Source of the DNA: Candidatus Bathyarchaeota archaeon
Lineage (GTDB): Archaea; Thermoproteota; Bathyarchaeia; Bathyarchaeales; Bathycorpusculaceae
Direction of reading: 5' to 3'
DNA length: 64,000 nucleotides
NCBI GenBank assembly: GCA_026414485.1
Contig: JAOAIX010000010.1
Location: forward strand, 4,371-68,370
The notes under the pieces were generated by a model. The model saw only the letters and a program-made list of their open reading frames with translations, ran no database searches and had not been told where the DNA came from. Both the position numbers and the translations under genes were made by a program. This document shows positions 1 to 9,309 of the stretch, piece after piece. How positions within the stretch are numbered: the first letter of the stretch is position 1; each line of letters starts with the position of its first letter.

Positions 1-22
1 AGGTTTGCTCTAATTATATTGG

Positions 23-547
23 GTGCCAAACGTGAAAGCGTACATGGGTTTAACTTGTAAGCCAGGCGCCTACAACGAGGTACTGAAGAAGCTGCTTTTC
101 AACTTCAACATTGACCAGCAAAATGTCTTCTTGCTTTTTGGTCCAGTGGACATATTGGTGCGATTTCAAAATTTGACAACTGTTGAAGAATTTATAGAAA
201 AATGGGTTAACCCCATCCGGATGATAGGTGCAGATGAAGATTTGATCACTAAAACGATGAGCCTTATTGTGGCTGCCGAAGGTCCTGTATGTGCAGAGAA
301 ACCTTTTGCTTTCCTCTTTTTGAATACAAAACCGCAAAATGTAGAAGATGTTAGAACTAAACTGCTCAGAATACCTGAAGTTTTGTCTGCAGACAGTGTG
401 CTTGGACCTTACGACGTGATTTGCTCTGTGAAAGCAGAAGATTATGATGATTTGGAAACTTCGGTCTTGCTGATTCAGCAGATTGATGGGTTAGAAAGTT
501 CAATTACATCAGTTGTTTCGCCCATAAAAGTTCTGCCTGACTGGTAA
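23..547 (+). CDS. Stand-alone Lrp/AsnC-type ligand-binding (RAM) domain protein, two tandem RAM-like halves, no HTH
   Basis: 174-aa ORF. Both halves show the RAM-like pattern: VKAYMGLTCKPG..NEV...L......VFLLFGPVDILVRF and FAFLFLNTKP..VEDV...L..IPEV.SADSVLGPYDVICSVKA. No N-terminal helix-turn-helix. GTG starts possible at 23 or 32. TATA-like TAATTATATT at 11-20. Confidence 0.45.
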   Translation: MPNVKAYMGLTCKPGAYNEVLKKLLFNFNIDQQNVFLLFGPVDILVRFQNLTTVEEFIEKWVNPIRMIGADEDLITKTMSLIVAAEGPVCAEKPFAFLFLNTKPQNVEDVRTKLLRIPEVLSADSVLGPYDVICSVKAEDYDDLETSVLLIQQIDGLESSITSVVSPIKVLPDW

Positions 548-702
548 ACCTCAGTCAAGGGCTCTTAGTTCAAAGAGAGCAGTCAAACACTTCACCCACT
601 TTTTTTATACTAAAAGTTGCCTCCAGAAGCGTTATTTTGTAGGACAAAAAAGAGATAGGCATTTAGGTGTGAAATAAGTATTTAGTCCGAAACAGTTGAT
701 GC

Positions 703-1989
703 TTGATGACACTGGTAAAAATTCGAGAAGTCTTGAGTGGGAGCTATGAAAACCAAAAAGTTACCATACGAGGCTGGATTTACCGTAGACGTGAAGGAAA
801 AGAACTTATCTTCCTTCTGGTTCGAGACTCCACAGGCGTCATCCAATGTACTGTAAAGAAAGACACCCCGGCGTGGAGTGAAGCGAAGAAGTTAACCATA
901 GAGTCCTCCCTTACACTGGAAGGCACCGCGAAAAAGGATAAACGCGCACCTGGTGGTTATGAAGTCGCAGCAGAAGCCGTTTCAATCATTGGCTTAGCTG
1001 AACTTTTCCCTATAACTAAAGATAAAAGCGAAGAATTCATCAGGGATATGCGGCATTTGTGGCTACGAAGCCGCAAAATGAATTTGATAATGAAAGTCCG
1101 CGCAAAAGTGCTATCGTATGCTCGTGAATATTTTGAGAAAGAAAATTTCACAGAGATTTCTCCGCCGATGTTTATAAGCGCTGCAGTTGAAGGCGGGAGC
1201 ACTCTTTTTGGGCTAAAGTATTTTGATCAGAACCTCTATTTAACTCAAAGTAGCCAGCTTTACCTTGAAATTCTAATTTACTCTTTAGAGAAGGTTTACT
1301 GTATTGCGCCTTCTTTCCGCGCAGAGAAAAGCCGTACCATTAGGCACCTTACGGAGTACTGGCATATGGAAGGCGAGTGGCCGTTTGCTGACATGAACGA
1401 ACTGATGATGTTTGAAGAAGGACTTATGGAGTACATATGCCAAAAAGTTGCTCAGAACTGCCAAAAAGAATTCTCAGAACTTGGCGCTGACATTAACAAA
1501 CTGGCTCAGGTTAAAGCTCCGTTTCCACGAATAACCTACGCTGAAGCCATTGAACGGCTCAAGGTGAAAAATCCAGATTTGAAGTGGGGCGACGACTTGG
1601 GCTATGAAGACGAAAAAGCCTTAGCGGAAGAGTTTGGGAAACCCTTCTTTGTTTATGATTATCCCACAGCCATCAAGGCGTTTTACTGTAAAACTTATCG
1701 TGATCAACCTGAAGTTGCGTTGTCAGTGGACATGATGGTCCCTAAAATTGGCGAAATCTCGACAGGGGGACAAAGAGAGGACGACAAAGAGAAGCTTATT
1801 GAACGCATGAAAGAGCAAGGTTTGAACCCTGAAGATTACGAGTGGTATTTGGATTTACGGAGATACGGTACAGTACCCCATGTTGGCTTTGGAATGGGTA
1901 TAGAACGTTTACTAACATGGATGCTAGATCTAGACAACATAATAGATGCGATCCCATTCCCGAGGACTACACGGCGATTCTACCCATAA
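703..1989 (+). CDS. asnS: Asparagine--tRNA ligase (class IIb aminoacyl-tRNA synthetase)
   Basis: 428 aa. N-terminal OB-fold segment VTIRGWIYRRR. Motif FRAEKSRTIRHLTEYWHMEGE is the AEKS.T.RHL Asn type rather than the Asp type. C-terminal GFGMGIERLL...IPFPRT. First ATG at 706 (the track start at 703 is TTG). Confidence 0.8.
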   Translation: MMTLVKIREVLSGSYENQKVTIRGWIYRRREGKELIFLLVRDSTGVIQCTVKKDTPAWSEAKKLTIESSLTLEGTAKKDKRAPGGYEVAAEAVSIIGLAELFPITKDKSEEFIRDMRHLWLRSRKMNLIMKVRAKVLSYAREYFEKENFTEISPPMFISAAVEGGSTLFGLKYFDQNLYLTQSSQLYLEILIYSLEKVYCIAPSFRAEKSRTIRHLTEYWHMEGEWPFADMNELMMFEEGLMEYICQKVAQNCQKEFSELGADINKLAQVKAPFPRITYAEAIERLKVKNPDLKWGDDLGYEDEKALAEEFGKPFFVYDYPTAIKAFYCKTYRDQPEVALSVDMMVPKIGEISTGGQREDDKEKLIERMKEQGLNPEDYEWYLDLRRYGTVPHVGFGMGIERLLTWMLDLDNIIDAIPFPRTTRRFYP

Positions 1990-2165
1990 AAGCCACTTCT
2001 TTACAGTTGGTCTGCTGGGGCTCTGGGCAGGTTCAGTTCTGTGAGGTTTTCGGAGAGAAAACAGAAAATCCTGTGTTACAAGGTTGAAATGATACTGCCA
2101 GAGCCCACTCAGCGTTTTCATTTCTCTGTAACATAATGAAATAAAAGGGGTGTGAAGTTTTGTTT

Positions 2166-4769
2166 TTATTTGAGCTTTTTGAGGATAAATGCAGCGGTAA
2201 CTATTACTACGATTATAACTGCTACAGCGACTATTATGTAGATGTCAACACTGTCGGGCGTGGTGGCTTCAGGTTCAGGAACAACAGAAGGCGAAACCAA
2301 CGGAGTCGTAGTTGGTGTAGCTGGTAGTATAGCTGTCGGTGTTGGTGCAGTTGGAACTGCTGAGGGCGCTGCACCGACTATGAAGTAGGTTGTGTCTTCA
2401 GAGCGATAGTATGAATTACTGCCTTCAAATGTTGCTTTGACATGGTAGACACCTTCAACTGGAGGAACCCATGTAATGCCGTATTTCCCGTTTTCGTCAG
2501 CAACAGTTGTGCCTATGTCTTGGAAGTTGCCGTTCGGATCGATCGCAGTTAGTTTAACCGTCACACCTTTGATGTCTGCGGGCTTAGGCTTTTGCATGTA
2601 TATGTATTCCATAAAAGAGCTCATACTTTCATCAGATACCGCAGGCACAGTACTGAACTTTCCACTTTGAACAAGCTGTTTGGCTCCAGCGGACTGGTCT
2701 GTGACAGTACCTGTTAAGAGAACTTTTGTTCCTTTAGGAACTTCAGTTTGCGGTGCAGATACGGTTATAGCGCTTGGACCTTTGCCAAAGCAATAGATCT
2801 GGTTGTCATAAGAGTTGAGCGTAACAAGATAGCCGTCGGCGATAGCGGGATCGCGCATCCAACCGGATATGTTCCAAAGACTCCTCCCTGTTTCTACGTC
2901 TATTGCAACTATTTTTCCGCCGCGGTAGAGGGGCTGACTAGGCGAGTGTTCAGCAGTGGAGACGTAGACCTTGCCATCTGCAACAACTAGGGCGTATGTC
3001 GAGATGTACTCGGGAGAACGAGCACCGGCAGTTCCCCAGATGGGCCAAGAACCGTAGGCTGTCTCGAATCCACTGCTTCCTAAGTAGTAATCCCACAGTT
3101 GTACACCAGTATTTATGTCAAAGGCAGTTACATGTCCAGCCATGTCGCCTCGAATAAATTTACCATAGGCAATTGCACCTTCCACGTAGAAAGTATTCCA
3201 GCCACTTGATGCAGGCTCCGTGACCCATATTTGTTGTCCAGTGTAGAGGTTATATGCGGAATCTTGCAGCGTTTCTTTTCGGTGGAAAGTGTAAACGCCA
3301 TTGCCTATCGGACCAAAATCATAGCTGGGTGCGCTACTAGCAGTTGTATAGTTGTACATCCACATTTGACTTCCAGTTTTAGCATTGTAGCCAATATGTA
3401 CTAAGGTTTGTTCGCCGGTGGCTGATGTTGTAGTTGCTGAAACAAGCACTACCTCACCGTTAGTACCTGCGATTGATTGCCCAGCCAAGTTGGCAATGGT
3501 GGTGTTCCAGTCAATGCCTTTAAGCCAGTCGTAGGTTCCTTGCTGAAGTCTTAGCTGCCCGCCGTAAACACCAAGGGCATCTCTGATGCTTGTGCTTTGA
3601 TATGTAATTAACCCGTTTTTGTCAAAGCAGGTAGTTGAATTCCACAGTGCCAACCATTGTCGAGCGGAGTTGATAACATACACAAGTAATTCTCCTGAAG
3701 GCCCAAACATAATTTGCCCTGTTGTCGCATTAGCCAAAGTTAAAATTTGGTCTCCTGTAAACGCATCAAAAAGACGATAGGTAGTGGTATTTGCTACGCC
3801 AATATCCCATAGATACGCTATGCCACCGTGTTGGTTGATGGAGTCGTAATTAAATATTTGTCCGATTGATATGATGGTGTTGTTTTTCCACCACAATTGT
3901 TCGCCTGTGCGTAAATCAACACAAGCTACGCCTTGCCATAGACACGAACTTAAACGTGTATTATAGTAAAGCCTTCCCTGGATTATTACGACAGGACTCC
4001 ATTTGTCTTCATACGAAAGTCCTTCATAGTAGCTATGCGATTCATATTCTCCGCCGATGAGTCCTCCGAAATCTATTGGTTTTGTCCACATAATGTGGGC
4101 AGAGTTGGGTGCTTTAGTGTAAGGGTTATATGGATTTGCCATTATGCCTGTAGTGTTGTAAAGTCCTGTTAGCCAGTTTCCCGATATAGTGTACCATTCT
4201 CTGTATTGTGCATCTATGGGGCGTGTCCAATAATTCGATGGCAGGTCAGCTGCGGGCCATTCCTGGACAGGTTGCTCTTGAACTGTGATTGTTAAAACTT
4301 GACTTTGACTTGGTTTGTAGTAGTTGTTTCCAATTGTTTGCCCTGGAAAAAGCACCTGCATTTGGTATGTGCCAACTTTTGTTGGGATATATGTAAACCA
4401 GTTGGCTCCAACCGAATCTGAACGGTATGGTCCCTTGGTTTCAACGCTGCCGTCAGGAGCAGTTATCCTAATTGTAACGTTCTCCCATCGAGCACCTGTA
4501 GTTCCCGGAGGAGGCATATGAAACAGGAAAGTCACTAGTAAACTTTGACCAACACCAACTGGGTTAGGGCGAGCAACAATAAAAGTATAGGTGTTGATAT
4601 CTGCAGCTTTAACTGGTGAGGCAAAGAGAGGCAAAGTAGCAACACTCAAAATTAGAATAAAGAGAAAGCTCTTTGTTAGGTAGCGGTTTACCTTAATGGA
4701 TCCACGCGTAATCAACGTAATAAATGCAAACGAGACGGCAGCACATGGTTTTTGCTTTTTTTGAATCAT
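2166..4769 (-). CDS. Cell-surface protein with PQQ-like (BamB-type) beta-propeller repeats, Ig-like end domains and C-terminal membrane anchor
   Basis: 867 aa. N-terminal signal/TM segment LFILILSVATLPLFASPVKA. Long W/Y/G-rich repeat region (e.g. GRLYYN, GEQLWW, GKVYVST, NQIYCFGKG). Thr/Pro linker PTAPTPTAILPATPTTTP, then a hydrophobic C-terminal helix plus KKLK. Clear paralog of 62019..64000. Confidence 0.6.
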   Translation of the reverse strand: MIQKKQKPCAAVSFAFITLITRGSIKVNRYLTKSFLFILILSVATLPLFASPVKAADINTYTFIVARPNPVGVGQSLLVTFLFHMPPPGTTGARWENVTIRITAPDGSVETKGPYRSDSVGANWFTYIPTKVGTYQMQVLFPGQTIGNNYYKPSQSQVLTITVQEQPVQEWPAADLPSNYWTRPIDAQYREWYTISGNWLTGLYNTTGIMANPYNPYTKAPNSAHIMWTKPIDFGGLIGGEYESHSYYEGLSYEDKWSPVVIIQGRLYYNTRLSSCLWQGVACVDLRTGEQLWWKNNTIISIGQIFNYDSINQHGGIAYLWDIGVANTTTYRLFDAFTGDQILTLANATTGQIMFGPSGELLVYVINSARQWLALWNSTTCFDKNGLITYQSTSIRDALGVYGGQLRLQQGTYDWLKGIDWNTTIANLAGQSIAGTNGEVVLVSATTTSATGEQTLVHIGYNAKTGSQMWMYNYTTASSAPSYDFGPIGNGVYTFHRKETLQDSAYNLYTGQQIWVTEPASSGWNTFYVEGAIAYGKFIRGDMAGHVTAFDINTGVQLWDYYLGSSGFETAYGSWPIWGTAGARSPEYISTYALVVADGKVYVSTAEHSPSQPLYRGGKIVAIDVETGRSLWNISGWMRDPAIADGYLVTLNSYDNQIYCFGKGPSAITVSAPQTEVPKGTKVLLTGTVTDQSAGAKQLVQSGKFSTVPAVSDESMSSFMEYIYMQKPKPADIKGVTVKLTAIDPNGNFQDIGTTVADENGKYGITWVPPVEGVYHVKATFEGSNSYYRSEDTTYFIVGAAPSAVPTAPTPTAILPATPTTTPLVSPSVVPEPEATTPDSVDIYIIVAVAVIIVVIVTAAFILKKLK

Positions 4770-4827
4770 TTTTAATTTACACCTTTCATTTTTTATAGTT
4801 TTTTTTATTCTGTAAAAAGAAATATTA

Positions 4828-5607
4828 ATGTGCCTCCCTGAGGGGGAGTTTATATTATATCCACGACAAGGTCAAAATCTATTTAATGTTACACTTAAAG
4901 TTCAGCTGAATTGCTGGGATATTATGCTCGAAAAAAGCGAGAATTCAATAACTGAAGAAAAAGTTATAGCTAAAGTTAGAGAGCTAATGGAAACTCTTGA
5001 CGAAGTTAAAAAATACGAAGTTCTAGCTAACCATTTCAATAAATTTGCGTTAATAATCACCAGTTCCATAGTCGTTGTTATTCTAACAAGTACCCTATTA
5101 CCCTACACGGGCCTTTTAGCACCATTTGAGCCCGCGCACAGGTTTTTTTTGACTTTTCTTCTTGTCCTTATTCCAATAGTCGGCGTTGTGATAGGAGTAG
5201 TTTTTGTCAAAAAGCAAATAAACTCTGTTAAGACAGGTGAGTGGAAATATGAACTTTCACGTGGGTTTCCTTCGGCATTAAAAATGCTATCGGAGATGAA
5301 TTTTGAGTCCTATTTCAACACAATTTCAGCGGGGGGACTTAATTATGTTATGTACGGTCTAGTAAAAGGAGTGGCTTACTGGATTATAACCTATTTTGTA
5401 GCAGGTCTCATGTTTAATCTCACAACCTACATGATTTTGCATCAAACGCAAATACTTGGCGGAGCTTCAATGTGGACGGCTCTACTTATCACGTTTGGAT
5501 ACTTGAAAAAGGAACTTTCAAAAAGGTTCAATGAAATCCGAGCAATAGAAAAACTACAGTGTGAATTACGGAGATTAAGTCATGAACTCAGAAATACAGA
5601 GCTCTAA
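4828..5607 (+). CDS. Hypothetical multi-pass membrane protein
   Basis: 259-aa ORF with several hydrophobic helices. The more likely start is ATG 4924 (MLEKSENS...). Its end overlaps the downstream small wHTH gene. No family recognised. Confidence 0.4.
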   Translation: MCLPEGEFILYPRQGQNLFNVTLKVQLNCWDIMLEKSENSITEEKVIAKVRELMETLDEVKKYEVLANHFNKFALIITSSIVVVILTSTLLPYTGLLAPFEPAHRFFLTFLLVLIPIVGVVIGVVFVKKQINSVKTGEWKYELSRGFPSALKMLSEMNFESYFNTISAGGLNYVMYGLVKGVAYWIITYFVAGLMFNLTTYMILHQTQILGGASMWTALLITFGYLKKELSKRFNEIRAIEKLQCELRRLSHELRNTEL

Positions 5608-5878
5608 ACCTGACCTGTACGTAGTTGCCAGAATTATCAAATCATTGAAGGAAAAGAATAAAGTAAATAAAACAACATTAGCAATTTCTACCGGTTTAGC
5701 ATATGATAAATTAGTTAGGTATTTGGATTGGATGGAAAATAAAAGTTTCATCATAATTGATGAAAACGGCTTAGTAGTTTTGACGAAGACAGGGCTAGAA
5801 GTTTATGATGAGCTTGTGCAATGGATACTGAAACATGTAGGTCAACTTAAATTTCCACGCCTCAGGCCAAGAACATAG
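5582..5878 (+). CDS. Small winged-helix DNA-binding protein (archaeal HTH_45-like)
   Basis: 98 aa. The pattern TLAISTGLAYDKLVRYLDWMENKSFI...VLTKTGLEVYDEL is typical of small archaeal wHTH regulators. Translationally coupled to the upstream membrane protein. Confidence 0.5.
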   Translation: MNSEIQSSKPDLYVVARIIKSLKEKNKVNKTTLAISTGLAYDKLVRYLDWMENKSFIIIDENGLVVLTKTGLEVYDELVQWILKHVGQLKFPRLRPRT

Positions 5879-5883
5879 GTACA

Positions 5884-6585
5884 TTATATATGTCCTGTAA
5901 ATGATTCTAGTTTTAACTGTTTTTTAGGTAGACCTAACTCAGCAACAATTTTACTCATAGCTACGACCATTGCAGGTGGACCGCACGCAAAAAATGTACG
6001 CTCTTTGTAGTCAGGCACCTCTTCTTTTATAAGGTCGGCTGTTATTAAGCCAACTTTACCATGCCAGCTGTTACTTGCCTCGTTAAGTACAAAGATAACT
6101 TTCAGTTTTGGATTCTGCTGCTGCATTAATTCAAGTTCTGCTCCAAAGGAGACGTCGTTTTCAGTTCGGCAACCATATAAAAGAACAATCTCACTGGGAA
6201 GTTGTAAATCAGTGGAGTACCGACATATACTTCTAAAAGGGGTAATTCCAATGCCGCCTGCTAAAAGCAAAATCTTCTTATGCTCACCCATAAAAGTAAA
6301 GGAGCCATATGGGGCATCAATTTTTACGCTATCTCCAAGCTTTAGAGCTTTTAGTGCAACTGAATATTCGCTGCTGGTAAATTTTTTTGTGAATTCAACG
6401 AAGTCTTTCTCAGTGGGGCTACTAGAAAAACTGAAAGGGTGTGTGAGTTGTTTTTCACCTGCGCTTATTGTGACAAACATGTACTGCCCAGGAGAATACC
6501 TCAACTCTACAGGTTTTGTAAATCTAAAACTTGTCACGTCTCTAGTACGAGGTAGAATGGCTTTGACATAAGTTTCAAACATCAT
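5884..6585 (-). CDS. FAD/NAD(P)-binding oxidoreductase, ferredoxin-NADP reductase family (no Fe-S domain)
   Basis: 233 aa. FAD-site-like HPFSFSS, NAD(P)-site LLLAGGIGITPF, C-terminal FFACGPPAM. No Cys cluster. Confidence 0.65.
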   Translation of the reverse strand: MMFETYVKAILPRTRDVTSFRFTKPVELRYSPGQYMFVTISAGEKQLTHPFSFSSSPTEKDFVEFTKKFTSSEYSVALKALKLGDSVKIDAPYGSFTFMGEHKKILLLAGGIGITPFRSICRYSTDLQLPSEIVLLYGCRTENDVSFGAELELMQQQNPKLKVIFVLNEASNSWHGKVGLITADLIKEEVPDYKERTFFACGPPAMVVAMSKIVAELGLPKKQLKLESFTGHI

Positions 6586-6694
6586 TAAAAAACACCCAAA
6601 CTAACTGGAAGTTAACCAATTAAATAATTAAAATTTTTCTGTAAAACTTCACAGACGAAAATTTTTATCTCAACAACCCAAAAATAAAAATACA

Positions 6695-6738
6695 ACTAAA
6701 AAACGGGGAGACCGTTGTCGAGTACCAAACTCGACAAC
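6695..6738 (-). terminator. Hairpin plus T-tract terminator candidate after rplP0
   Basis: Perfect 9-bp stem GTTGTCGAG (6714-6722) / CTCGACAAC (6730-6738) with a 7-nt loop. It lies immediately 3' of the P0 stop on the minus strand and is followed by CCCCGTTTTTT and further T runs. Confidence 0.4.
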
Positions 6739-6741
6739 CGA

Positions 6742-7608
6742 TTAGGCTGCTTTGGGTTTGACTTTCTCCACTGCAACGCTGAGACTCTGCATTTCTGCGT
6801 GCGCTTTGCGGATTAAATCGCTAATTGTTTCTTTGGTGGGTATCGCTGCACCTAAAGATAATGCGACTGCCTTTTGATGAGCCACTTGCAACAGTGATTT
6901 GATTGTTTCACTTGTAGGATAAGCTATTCCTAACGCCAGTGCAAACGCTTCAGTTTGGCTTTGTTGCAAACTCTGTTTGGTGGCTTCAAGATCGATTTTC
7001 AGCTGGTTATCTAAGATCACAAAACCATTATCATAAACGGCGCGCATAGAAAGGCCAGCCTCCACAGCTTTTATGCCAAGCTTGGAAAGTACACCTGCAA
7101 GCCGCTCATTGATAACTTCGCCTTTGCGCACCACTAAGGTGTCTTTAGCAACCCAAACGCTCCCAGATTCGATGCGTGTAGGTAAACCTACACTGTTCAA
7201 CTGGCTGATTATTGGACCTGGAGGCTGCCCCGTACTTCCTTCAGGAACAATAACGTCCATTGCGGCGATGTCACCTGATTTAGCAATGGTCTTTACTTTT
7301 CCACGTTCCAGTAAAAGTGCAAGCTTGAAGGGGTTAATTTCCGTGAAAAGTAGAACGTTGGAGCCTTCTAAGAAGGGCTCAAGCTTTTTGAGTTTCTCGT
7401 CGCCTAACTCTCGGATTGCGATTTTCATAAGCGTGTTCTTCAAGACACGCATGTAAACTTTGCCTGCTAGACTCTTTTTGAGTTCTTGCAGTTGAGTTGC
7501 GCGCACTTTTTGTAAGCTGGCGATTCCAATGGATTTATATTCTTTAAGTAATGCTTTGATTTCTTCAACTTCACCAGATTTTTCTTGTAATACTAGTTGA
7601 GACGGCAT
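6742..7608 (-). CDS. rplP0: Large-subunit ribosomal stalk protein uL10 (archaeal P0), short form lacking the acidic C-terminal tail
   Basis: 288 aa. Sits in the conserved order L11-L1-L10. C-terminal repeated spine helices ALALGIAYPTSETIKSLL and ALSLGAAIPTKETISDLI. Ends ...AVEKVKPKAA with no E-rich linker or LFG-type terminus. Confidence 0.85.
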   Translation of the reverse strand: MPSQLVLQEKSGEVEEIKALLKEYKSIGIASLQKVRATQLQELKKSLAGKVYMRVLKNTLMKIAIRELGDEKLKKLEPFLEGSNVLLFTEINPFKLALLLERGKVKTIAKSGDIAAMDVIVPEGSTGQPPGPIISQLNSVGLPTRIESGSVWVAKDTLVVRKGEVINERLAGVLSKLGIKAVEAGLSMRAVYDNGFVILDNQLKIDLEATKQSLQQSQTEAFALALGIAYPTSETIKSLLQVAHQKAVALSLGAAIPTKETISDLIRKAHAEMQSLSVAVEKVKPKAA

Positions 7609-7620
7609 GGCAGTTTCCTC

Positions 7621-8289
7621 TTAAGCCTTAATCTTTACAGGTTCACCCATCGACGTTTTGATGAATATGACGTCGATGTTTTTGAAACCGCGTTTAAGTT
7701 TACCCTCTAAAACACGGAGAACAGCTTGAATATTTTCCACTAAATCTTCATCTGACTGATCTTCTGTGCCTATGGAAGTTTGAATAATGGGCTGGTTACG
7801 CATACGAACAACAATGGTTTTACGGTTCCGTTCAATAATTGGCGCTATATCAGCAGCTGGTGGAACAGGGATAGGCATCTTTCCTCTTGGACCCAAAACA
7901 GGACCTAGGATTCTACCCACTAGAGGCATCAAAGGAACCTCAGAGATGAACACGTCATAAGCGGCAGCTATTTTACGGAGTTCTTTCTTTTTGCCCGCTA
8001 ACGCTTCAAGGTCAGCACGTTCAATCACGTTATCTGCGTTTGCTCTTTTTGCTTTCAGGGCGAACTCGCCAGAAGCGACAACGCACACCTTGTTCAGCTT
8101 AGAGGGGGGACGCGGAAGTTCAACAACTTCTTGAATTTTGCCTTCAGGGGCTTTCATATCAATTTCTTTGATATTTATAATCATGTCTACAGTCTGGGTG
8201 AACTTCTTTTTGCCAGACTCCGCTTTTGCCGTTTTCACCGCGTCTAACAGAGTTTTCTTGTCTAAGGGCATTTTTAAGCCTCGTGTCAA
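7621..8289 (-). CDS. rpl1: 50S ribosomal protein uL1
   Basis: 222 aa with a typical uL1 sequence (e.g. GPRGKMP) between L11 and L10. Alternative start at ATG 8271 (MPLDKKTLL). Confidence 0.9.
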   Translation of the reverse strand: MTRGLKMPLDKKTLLDAVKTAKAESGKKKFTQTVDMIINIKEIDMKAPEGKIQEVVELPRPPSKLNKVCVVASGEFALKAKRANADNVIERADLEALAGKKKELRKIAAAYDVFISEVPLMPLVGRILGPVLGPRGKMPIPVPPAADIAPIIERNRKTIVVRMRNQPIIQTSIGTEDQSDEDLVENIQAVLRVLEGKLKRGFKNIDVIFIKTSMGEPVKIKA

Positions 8290-8329
8290 TCAGGATTGGG
8301 TTGCAGTTATAAAAATATTCGCTTGGTAA

Positions 8330-8815
8330 TCACTCTTTGAACATGGCGTCATATTGACCGTTATCAATTTCTTTTTGGACTTCACGTGGGTCTTTGCCTT
8401 CAACAGTTACGCCCATGCTTACGCAGGTGCCCATTAACTCTTTAGCTGCACCTTTAAGGGTTTTTGCGAGTAGTTCAGGGCGCTTGATTTTGGCTATACG
8501 TATTATTTGCTCTACTGATAAATCGCCTATTTTAGCAGAGTTTGGTGTACCTGAGCCTTTTTCAACTTTAAGTTCAGCAACCAGCAGCGCAGACGACGTT
8601 GGAGTTCCCACAGTAACCTCGAAGGTTTTGTCTTCAGGGTTAACTGAAATCTTCACTGGAACTTTCATGCCAGCGTAGTCTTTGGTGAGTTCGTTGATTT
8701 TGTTTACCACTGCCATTATGTTTAAGCCTAATGGACCAAGCGCAGGACCCAACGGTGGCCCTGCTGTAGCTTGTCCACCTGCTACTAGCAGTTCTACTGT
8801 TTTCATTTCAACCAT
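8330..8815 (-). CDS. rpl11: 50S ribosomal protein uL11
   Basis: 161 aa with the uL11 signature GGQATAGPPLGPALGPLGLNI. Overlaps the spt5 stop by 1 nt. Confidence 0.9.
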   Translation of the reverse strand: MVEMKTVELLVAGGQATAGPPLGPALGPLGLNIMAVVNKINELTKDYAGMKVPVKISVNPEDKTFEVTVGTPTSSALLVAELKVEKGSGTPNSAKIGDLSVEQIIRIAKIKRPELLAKTLKGAAKELMGTCVSMGVTVEGKDPREVQKEIDNGQYDAMFKE

Positions 8816-9297
8816 TATTCTTCACTTCGGTTTCCTTTTTCTATTAACTTCACATAGTCTGAGTGAACTGTGATGGGCAAAGTAAAGGTCGCTTCAAGCA
8901 ACTCCAAAGTTACTTCACCTTTAGACTTGTCAATACGGGTAATTTTTGCTCGCATACCCTTGAAAGGCCCACCTGTAATTTCCACAACATCATCCTCGCC
9001 TAGATCTTCAATGACGGGCTTTCTGACAATGTAACGTTCGATCTCGTTGAAGCTCACCAAACCAGGAATTCTTGAGCGCACATGGCGAACTCCAGCTATG
9101 GCTTCCTCGACGAGGTGTGGTCCATCTGCTTCTATGAACACGTAGCCTTTCAAAGTGTCTGGAACCAATAGGGATTTAATTGGAATTTTTTCCATTTCAA
9201 CTTTTGCGGCTATCAAGCGAGCTACATTGCGTTCTTGACCTGTGGTTGTTTTGACAGCGAAAATCTTTGTTTGGAACTGGTCGTCTTTTTTATCCAT
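8815..9297 (-). CDS. spt5: Transcription elongation factor Spt5 (archaeal NusG)
   Basis: 160 aa. NGN domain (IFAVKTTTGQERNVA) plus KOW motif (VVEITGGPFKGMRAKI). Conserved position between secE and rpl11. Confidence 0.9.
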   Translation of the reverse strand: MDKKDDQFQTKIFAVKTTTGQERNVARLIAAKVEMEKIPIKSLLVPDTLKGYVFIEADGPHLVEEAIAGVRHVRSRIPGLVSFNEIERYIVRKPVIEDLGEDDVVEITGGPFKGMRAKITRIDKSKGEVTLELLEATFTLPITVHSDYVKLIEKGNRSEE

Positions 9298-9309
9298 GAA
9301 AGTTTCCTT

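Noticed and set aside
1990-2165. 176-nt convergent spacer between asnS and the surface protein, with ORFs 1842..2087 and 1930..2121. Checked for tRNA or small RNA.
   Set aside because: No cloverleaf-compatible acceptor/T-arm sequences and no conserved boxes. The ORFs overlap the asnS 3' end and look random.
7073-7456. Many 60-170-aa ORFs antisense to, or out of frame within, confidently identified genes. Examples: 50..337, 7073..7456, 8394..8678, 13121..13528, 19525..20037, 21145..21429, 30477..30971, 40341..40709, 61332..61715, 62603..62977.
   Set aside because: Each lies wholly inside a gene with strong family signatures in another frame or on the other strand. Their sequences are low-complexity shadow translations with no recognisable motifs.
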